From Candidatus Zixiibacteriota bacterium (GTDB lineage Bacteria > Zixibacteria > MSB-5A5 > GN15 > JAAZOE01), in NCBI GenBank assembly GCA_043819555.1, contig JBDREQ010000005.1, forward strand, positions 1-21,581: a stretch of DNA of 21,581 nt, in the 5' to 3' direction. The notes beneath the pieces were generated by a model. It had not been told where the DNA came from, searched no databases, and was given only the letters and a program-made list of their open reading frames with translations. Numbering within the stretch: position 1 is the stretch's first letter; each line of letters begins with the position of its first letter. Position numbers and translations under genes: made by a program. Of this stretch, positions 16,419 through 21,581 are shown in pieces.

Positions 16419-18602
16419 TTAAAACCCGGACCGTAATCCAAACTGGAGCGACGTCACACGGGATCTGTCAATCTGTGGAAACTTGCTGTTGGTGTAATTT
16501 ACGTTCAATGCAGTTCGTTTGCCAAGTAAATAATTTAAATGGATATTCCGCTGCAAGGTTTGAGCATTTATTTCATCGTCATTTAGTGTGATCAAACCTC
16601 CTATGGATATACGGGGAGTTACATTCCAACTTAGATTGAATTCATAAAACGTATTTTGGTGGGTGTTATCGGTGTTAAGTATTAATGAACCGCGCATTAA
16701 TATTGTTTGCGTTGCGCGTAAATCCATGCTGGTTGTCAATTGACGCCGTATTCTACTGTCATTGTCGGATTGGCCATGGCTTGTTTGGTACAGCAGCCCA
16801 GTAACTACATCAAGGGCTTGACTTAAATTACTATTGACCATTAAACGGTAGGTCCAACTGTCAATATGAATCTTAGAATCATAGCTATTGTTTCTGCTAT
16901 ATCCGGCCTCGCCGGATAAATTGAGGCCCGGCAATAATTGTCCATTCGATTTAAATGAAAGATTATTTGTTTCTTGAACAGTCGCCTGATCAACCGACGT
17001 AAGCCTCGAAAAAGCACCGAGTGACAGTTTAAGGGTGGAAAAAGGATTATACGCCAAGCTATATGAAAAACTGCTATTGCCGTTGCGTACACCGCCGGTT
17101 TTGAATTTTGATACCCCCGCCTGATATCTTATCCCATGCTTTACATTTGAGGATATTTTGTGGCTGGTTGATGCCGCATAATATATCTGGCTTCGGCTGT
17201 TCACGAAATCGCCGCGGGGCTGGTAATTCCAGGAAAATTCGATGGAAGATTCGACGTTTTTTGAAAACATGTAGGTACTTGAGATTTCGGTCCGATGAGA
17301 CGTTTGTTTCCTGGTATCCTTGCTCATATCGGCCGATTCCTCCAGGACCTGGATTTCAGTAACATAAACGTTAACCGCGTCGTTAATTCCGTAATTAACG
17401 GCTTTAATATAGCGCGAATGCGCGGTCGGCGAAAATACCTCATATCGGCCGTAACTACTGTTGAAGCTGCTTGCAACATCGGAAACCTTGGTCCATATCA
17501 GGTTATCTGAAGAGGTGTAAACATCCCAGTAAATCAATGGTCCCGAAGGCGCATCCGTATAAATATATATCGCATCTATGCCATAATCAAAACCGAGATC
17601 AACACCGATATTTTGATTTGCATTCCCTTCGCCAATATTAATTGGAGGCTCCGTTGGTTGAGTAATATCACCGTCGGACAGAGCCTCTATATCTGTCAAT
17701 TCTCCCTGATCGGGAGTTTGATCATAAGCATATAATGCTGAAGCAAAATGAATTTCTTTATAAACAGGGGCCGCGAAATCTTGTTGTGTTGACCGCATTC
17801 GATGCGAGAGATTATATCCCGAATTCAGTCGAAGTTTTTTGTTAAAGAACTGGGCAGATTGATTCCAGCGAAACAGATGATTGTTTTCATCGATTATCAA
17901 ACCGGTCGCATTATTACGGTTATGACTAAATGCCAGATTATAATACAAATTAAAGGTATTCAGCTGATAGCTGGCGCCGGTCTGAATTCTGGTTTCACTA
18001 TCATTTCGGTTACTTAGATCAATATCATTGTAAGAATGGTTGCGATCAAACTGAATTGTCAAAATAGGATAGTTCGGTGAATTGGTAGAAAAACGCAAAT
18101 TTGTATTGTCCCGATGCAGATTGGTGGCTTCATTATTACTAATTGATTTTTGACGGCTGATTAATCCTCGAAAAATAAAGTCGGAATGATTCCAGGCCAT
18201 CTGGGCTGACGGTCTCAACCTTTGCCTCCATGAGTTTTCGCCGAGACTGTGATCTATCCCCAGATCATTGTATTGCAGCGACAAATGAGTTTTGACATAC
18301 GGCAATAATTGTCGAGACCAACTAATTGAATAATCCTGATTGAATGTCTTATCGATCTCCCCGGCGGTTGTGGATTTCACACTGTTTAAATTAACAGTAC
18401 CTCTGATAGATTCAGGAGGAAAAGCCAAGGTATTGGAATACAAAAAGATAGTCCAAATAAAGGAGACGGCAATTGTATATAAAGGAGTAATACCGGATGA
18501 ATTCGGGAAATCCAGTGAGGAAGTGCTGGCTGATTTCCGGCTTCGTGTAAAATGGCTTCCAAGCATATGTAACAAGTTGACAAACATTTTATCTATCATC
18601 AA
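16419..18602 (-). CDS. Large outer-membrane beta-barrel protein with inserted discoidin-like domain; OscE-like (start uncertain)
   Basis: Alternating amphipathic strands rich in Y/W/F/N/S, C-terminal LQFGLRSGF (terminal Phe, BAM-type signal), and signal-like ...FLYSNTLA|FPP. The true start is probably downstream of 18602. Confidence 0.82.
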   Translation of the reverse strand: MMIDKMFVNLLHMLGSHFTRSRKSASTSSLDFPNSSGITPLYTIAVSFIWTIFLYSNTLAFPPESIRGTVNLNSVKSTTAGEIDKTFNQDYSISWSRQLLPYVKTHLSLQYNDLGIDHSLGENSWRQRLRPSAQMAWNHSDFIFRGLISRQKSISNNEATNLHRDNTNLRFSTNSPNYPILTIQFDRNHSYNDIDLSNRNDSETRIQTGASYQLNTFNLYYNLAFSHNRNNATGLIIDENNHLFRWNQSAQFFNKKLRLNSGYNLSHRMRSTQQDFAAPVYKEIHFASALYAYDQTPDQGELTDIEALSDGDITQPTEPPINIGEGNANQNIGVDLGFDYGIDAIYIYTDAPSGPLIYWDVYTSSDNLIWTKVSDVASSFNSSYGRYEVFSPTAHSRYIKAVNYGINDAVNVYVTEIQVLEESADMSKDTRKQTSHRTEISSTYMFSKNVESSIEFSWNYQPRGDFVNSRSQIYYAASTSHKISSNVKHGIRYQAGVSKFKTGGVRNGNSSFSYSLAYNPFSTLKLSLGAFSRLTSVDQATVQETNNLSFKSNGQLLPGLNLSGEAGYSRNNSYDSKIHIDSWTYRLMVNSNLSQALDVVTGLLYQTSHGQSDNDSRIRRQLTTSMDLRATQTILMRGSLILNTDNTHQNTFYEFNLSWNVTPRISIGGLITLNDDEINAQTLQRNIHLNYLLGKRTALNVNYTNSKFPQIDRSRVTSLQFGLRSGF

Positions 18603-18604
18603 TG

Positions 18605-18635
18605 GGAACGCCCGGACTATTTGCCCGGGCGTTCC
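18605..18635 (-). terminator. GC-rich stem-loop between the omcS-like gene and the barrel gene
   Basis: GGAACGCCCGG-9 nt-CCGGGCGTTCC, a perfect 11-bp stem. No U-tract on the - strand. Confidence 0.65.
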
Positions 18636-18693
18636 ATTCTTTATTATCCTGGTTCTGTTTTACTTCAGAATCTAAGATATTAAGCCCGCAAGA

Positions 18694-19752
18694 TTATGGG
18701 GCAGCTATTTCAATGTGGTCACCAGCATCCTTTACATGGCATTTGTTGCAAAGTGAACGCTGATTGGGGCTTGCGTATGGATCCTCAATAGCCAAAGATC
18801 CGGACTCAACACCATCTTCTTCCAAAAGCGTTACATTGAAATCCCAGCGTCCGGCATTCGGAGCTGATGAGGCGTGCGCGCGATGGCAAGTCAGACACAT
18901 AACCTTACTGCCTGCATCTGGACCATCTGTTGACGCAACCGCGGCATTCGCATCTTCAAATGGCACAGCTGCCAGATAGGAAGTCAGCGGATTGCCGCCG
19001 ATTATATCTTCGGTTCCGTTATAGAGACCATAGGCTGTAGCCACATCACCGCCAAGAGTCGAACCTGATGGGTGAATTAACTTGGTGCTGTTATCATGAA
19101 AATCACCATGGCAATTTCCACACCACTCGCTCATACCGCTCTTATAGGCAGTATGATTATCATCCAACTCATCCGTATTCCTGGCATCGATACCTTCGGC
19201 ATCCGGAGTGGCGCTGGTGAAGGTATAGAGGCCATCCTGTATCGTGCCAACGGTATTCAGGAAACGAAAACCGTCATTGCCATGAGGATCATGGCAACTG
19301 GAACAACCAAGAGCGGTGGACGGAAACGTTCCACCCGGGGCTGCCAAAAGAGTAGCGTCTGCACTAACTCCCTTAGATGGGGCGTCGATATTATGACCGG
19401 CGGCATCGCCGACAATTGGGTGACTCGCGCCTGAATGACCGTCATTAAGGTTGTCTTCGGTTAGGAACACAAAATCGCCGCCTCCGTTCAGCCCGTTCGG
19501 GGCCAAAGGATCGGCGGCAAAAACGCCGCGAGAACCGGTGCTATGACAGGACAGACAGACGTCACTGGGTGTCTCGTCCTTCAATAGCCAGGCATTTCCA
19601 TCGGGGCTATCGGTGTCAACCCATGCTCCGTTTTCGCTATTGTGCATCGTATGACAACCATTACAATGTGCCACACCGGCATCATGAAATGCCAATGCGT
19701 TGCCGCCAAGCGCAAAACAAAGAGCGGCAATCAGTAGTAGGTACCTATGCAT
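18694..19752 (-). CDS. omcS: OmcS-family hexaheme cytochrome c (candidate nanowire subunit)
   Basis: Signal peptide ...NALA|FHDAGVAHCNGCHTMHNS; 6 CxxCH. OmcS-like motifs GGDF, GHNI, APGGTFP...CSSCHDPHG, GMSEWCxNCH, HP, PFE, CLxCHRAHAS and QRxLCNKCHxKD occur in the OmcS order. AAGGAG RBS. Confidence 0.92.
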   Translation of the reverse strand: MHRYLLLIAALCFALGGNALAFHDAGVAHCNGCHTMHNSENGAWVDTDSPDGNAWLLKDETPSDVCLSCHSTGSRGVFAADPLAPNGLNGGGDFVFLTEDNLNDGHSGASHPIVGDAAGHNIDAPSKGVSADATLLAAPGGTFPSTALGCSSCHDPHGNDGFRFLNTVGTIQDGLYTFTSATPDAEGIDARNTDELDDNHTAYKSGMSEWCGNCHGDFHDNSTKLIHPSGSTLGGDVATAYGLYNGTEDIIGGNPLTSYLAAVPFEDANAAVASTDGPDAGSKVMCLTCHRAHASSAPNAGRWDFNVTLLEEDGVESGSLAIEDPYASPNQRSLCNKCHVKDAGDHIEIAAP

Positions 19753-19789
19753 ACCTGTTTCTCCTTAATACAAAACAAAGGTGGTTGTA

Positions 19790-19824
19790 GGTTAACATGT
19801 TAACCATGTAGCTAACACATGTGT
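19790..19824. promoter_or_regulatory. Palindromic putative operator upstream of the omcS-like gene
   Basis: Perfect 16-bp palindrome GGTTAACATGTTAACC (19790-19805) and 10-bp ACACATGTGT (19815-19824). Confidence 0.45.
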
Positions 19825-19854
19825 ATTTATTTATTTTAAATTCTTGATTTGAAA

Positions 19855-20961
19855 TCATTGAAGTTTCCCCCCATCCAATGTATACGTGGAATTGTTTTTT
19901 GAGGTCAATTCCAGCTGAGAATTCGATGAGTCCTTATTATTAAATTCTGCATTGCGATTTGTGACGAATAACGGCAAATGACACGCTTGTACCCTGTTTA
20001 AGAATACCTGGCCAATAAAAATAGTACCCGCATCGTCGACGGCCAACCAGGCCGGGTGGTAAAACCAGCCCAAACTTGATCCCTTGCCGCCAAATTCCCC
20101 AAGGAATTTTCCATCAAAGTTATAACAGACAACGGCAAAACGGTGCTTATCAAGGACGAGAATAATCTGATTATCGGTCATCGTGGCCGAAACAGGGAAG
20201 TTCAATTCCCCCATGTTATTCCCCCGATAACCGATCGCTTTGATAAATTTCCCGGATAAATCATATAGATAGACAGTGCCCAGAGATGCGACAGGCAGGC
20301 AGATCACGTTGCCAACTACCGAGATCGAGCCAAAAACGAGTTCATTTCCTCTTTCACCTGACAGGTCTTCCACGACGGGAAATCGGTTGCAAACCTCACC
20401 CTCAACGGTAATACAGATTATTTGCTTTTCAAAGGCATCCAGAGCCCAGATATTGCCATTATCATCCGTCGCAATTGATTCCAGCCTACGTGAATCTATT
20501 CCGGATTTTTGAGAATATTCCATTTTATCCAGGTATGTGCCATCATAGTCAAATATATGAATTTCTCTTCCCCGCTGAGTAGAGCCGAGTACATATATCC
20601 GGCCTGATGGGTCCACCGCAAAATCCTGCGGCAAACCACAATATTCGCTAACGGAGAATTGGTATTTGTACACCCCCTGACCCGAAAAAATAACAATCCG
20701 GTTATTTCCACAATCAGCTATATAGATTTCGTCGGTGTGTGAATCGGCCACTATTCGTCCAGGGCGCAGTAAGTTGTTCTGGCTGCCGGGAAGCTGAAAT
20801 TGATAAGAAAACTCGGCCGGAACTGAAAGCTGGGTTATTTCCTGCGAAAATCCATGGATTTGAAGAAATAATAAAAACGCCCCAGCCAATATTGCAGATT
20901 TAAGCAACAAATTGGGCGATATAAAAGGGAAACTTCTTATCCTACTAATCAATTCAAACAA
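19855..20961 (-). CDS. Exported NHL-repeat six-bladed beta-propeller; OscD-like
   Basis: NHL repeats (LLRPGRIVAD...IYIADCGNNRIVIF; PQDFAVDPSGRIYV; GELNFPV; GWFYHPAWLAVDDAGTIFIG). TTG start after AAGAGG; signal-like N-terminus. Confidence 0.9.
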   Translation of the reverse strand: MFELISRIRSFPFISPNLLLKSAILAGAFLLFLQIHGFSQEITQLSVPAEFSYQFQLPGSQNNLLRPGRIVADSHTDEIYIADCGNNRIVIFSGQGVYKYQFSVSEYCGLPQDFAVDPSGRIYVLGSTQRGREIHIFDYDGTYLDKMEYSQKSGIDSRRLESIATDDNGNIWALDAFEKQIICITVEGEVCNRFPVVEDLSGERGNELVFGSISVVGNVICLPVASLGTVYLYDLSGKFIKAIGYRGNNMGELNFPVSATMTDNQIILVLDKHRFAVVCYNFDGKFLGEFGGKGSSLGWFYHPAWLAVDDAGTIFIGQVFLNRVQACHLPLFVTNRNAEFNNKDSSNSQLELTSKNNSTYTLDGGKLQ

Positions 20962-21005
20962 ACCTCTTAAGCTCCCAGTCTTGAGGAGTAATTTCGATAG
21001 GACAC

Positions 21006-21023
21006 TTGTGATTTATTTCACAA
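21006..21023. promoter_or_regulatory. Rex-type / CRP-FNR-type operator
   Basis: TTGTGA-TTTATT-TCACAA: one mismatch to the Rex consensus TTGTGAA-N4-TTCACAA and a perfect TGTGA-N6-TCACA. Lies 44 nt upstream of the first cluster gene. Confidence 0.7.
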
Positions 21024-21441
21024 CATTATCTACGACAACTTAATCGCTACTATTAAGGCCTTTCTAATCCCGTATACATAACTTGCCCCAATTTAATACG
21101 TTTTCAGAAATACGCAAGTATATTTATCCTGTTTTTTTGCATTATTCATGGTGTAATTTGTCCTCATTAATTAGGCATTATATTTGCTATTTTATCCAAA
21201 ATACAATTGAAAAATGAGTAACAATAGGAACAAGATATTTTGATCTTTTATTTCAAAGATGAGCCCATTTTTGGGCCCCTGAAAACGGCTTTTTAATCCA
21301 GTTTTTAATATCGACTTTGCGTATAAGAGCAAAACAATGATGTAATTATATCCGATTCGCCAAGCTAACGGGATTTAAAAGAATCTTATGCGACAGACGT
21401 CCCGTCTGCCCCCGCCAAAATCAGTAAAATTACCAATAAAG

Positions 21442-21528
21442 CGGAGAGGCTGGGATTCGAACCCAGGAACGAGTTGCCCCGTTAACTGCTTAGCAGGCAG
21501 CTGCCTTCAGCCGCTCGGCCACCTCTCC
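21442..21528 (-). tRNA. tRNA-Ser(GCT)
   Basis: GGAGAGG/CCTCTCC acceptor stem, anticodon arm GCTGC-CT-GCT-AA-GCAGT, long variable arm, CTGGG-TTCGAAT-CCCAG T arm, G discriminator. CCA not encoded. Confidence 0.97.
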
Positions 21529-21541
21529 GTAATGAATCGTC

Positions 21542-21569
21542 AATATAATGACATTTTCAAATTTTTCAA
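21542..21569 (-). promoter_or_regulatory. Possible sigma-70 promoter of the tRNA
   Basis: Minus strand TTGAAA-16 nt-TATATT ending 13 nt before the tRNA 5' end. Confidence 0.35.
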
Positions 21570-21581
21570 CTTATTTCTTGA

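Noticed and set aside
9764..18602. Assignment as MtrAB/MtrCAB or DmsEF
   Set aside because: Heme counts are 26, 16 and 6 rather than 10, and the accessory genes fit the osc-type arrangement.
4016..20711. Remaining short ORFs nested within or antisense to the major genes
   Set aside because: They overlap well-supported CDSs and show no RBS or domain evidence.
9172..21528. Cluster as a genomic island integrated at tRNA-Ser
   Set aside because: No integrase, no duplicate of the tRNA 3' end seen in the window, and no obvious compositional break by eye.
21442..21528. tRNA-Sec or tRNA-Leu because of the long variable arm
   Set aside because: Anticodon GCT, 7-bp acceptor stem and G discriminator indicate tRNA-Ser.

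Overview
Bacterial (diderm) genomic DNA with almost every gene on the - strand. Right half (9764-20961): a compact 8-gene extracellular-electron-transfer cluster. In transcription order it encodes an NHL beta-propeller, a hexaheme cytochrome clearly homologous to the Geobacter nanowire protein OmcS (filament-linking His16 retained), a large beta-barrel with an inserted discoidin-like domain, a CsgG-like lipoprotein, a tandem CsgG-like protein, a SurA/PrsA-type PPIase chaperone, and 26-heme and 16-heme cytochromes (48 CxxCH in total). This matches the omcS-companion (osc) nanowire assembly architecture, preceded by a Rex/CRP-type palindrome. Left half (358-9171): a receptor-less Ton-type motor locus (TPR protein, unknown 4-TM protein, ExbB, two ExbD, two closely related TonB paralogs, small membrane ORFs, a protein with three TonB-C-like domains). 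Its sequence style suggests an FCB-superphylum host rather than Geobacter (inference). The window begins with the 3' end of an IS30-family element abutting a REP-like palindrome and ends with tRNA-Ser(GCT). All homology calls are by eye from motifs; no database searches were run.
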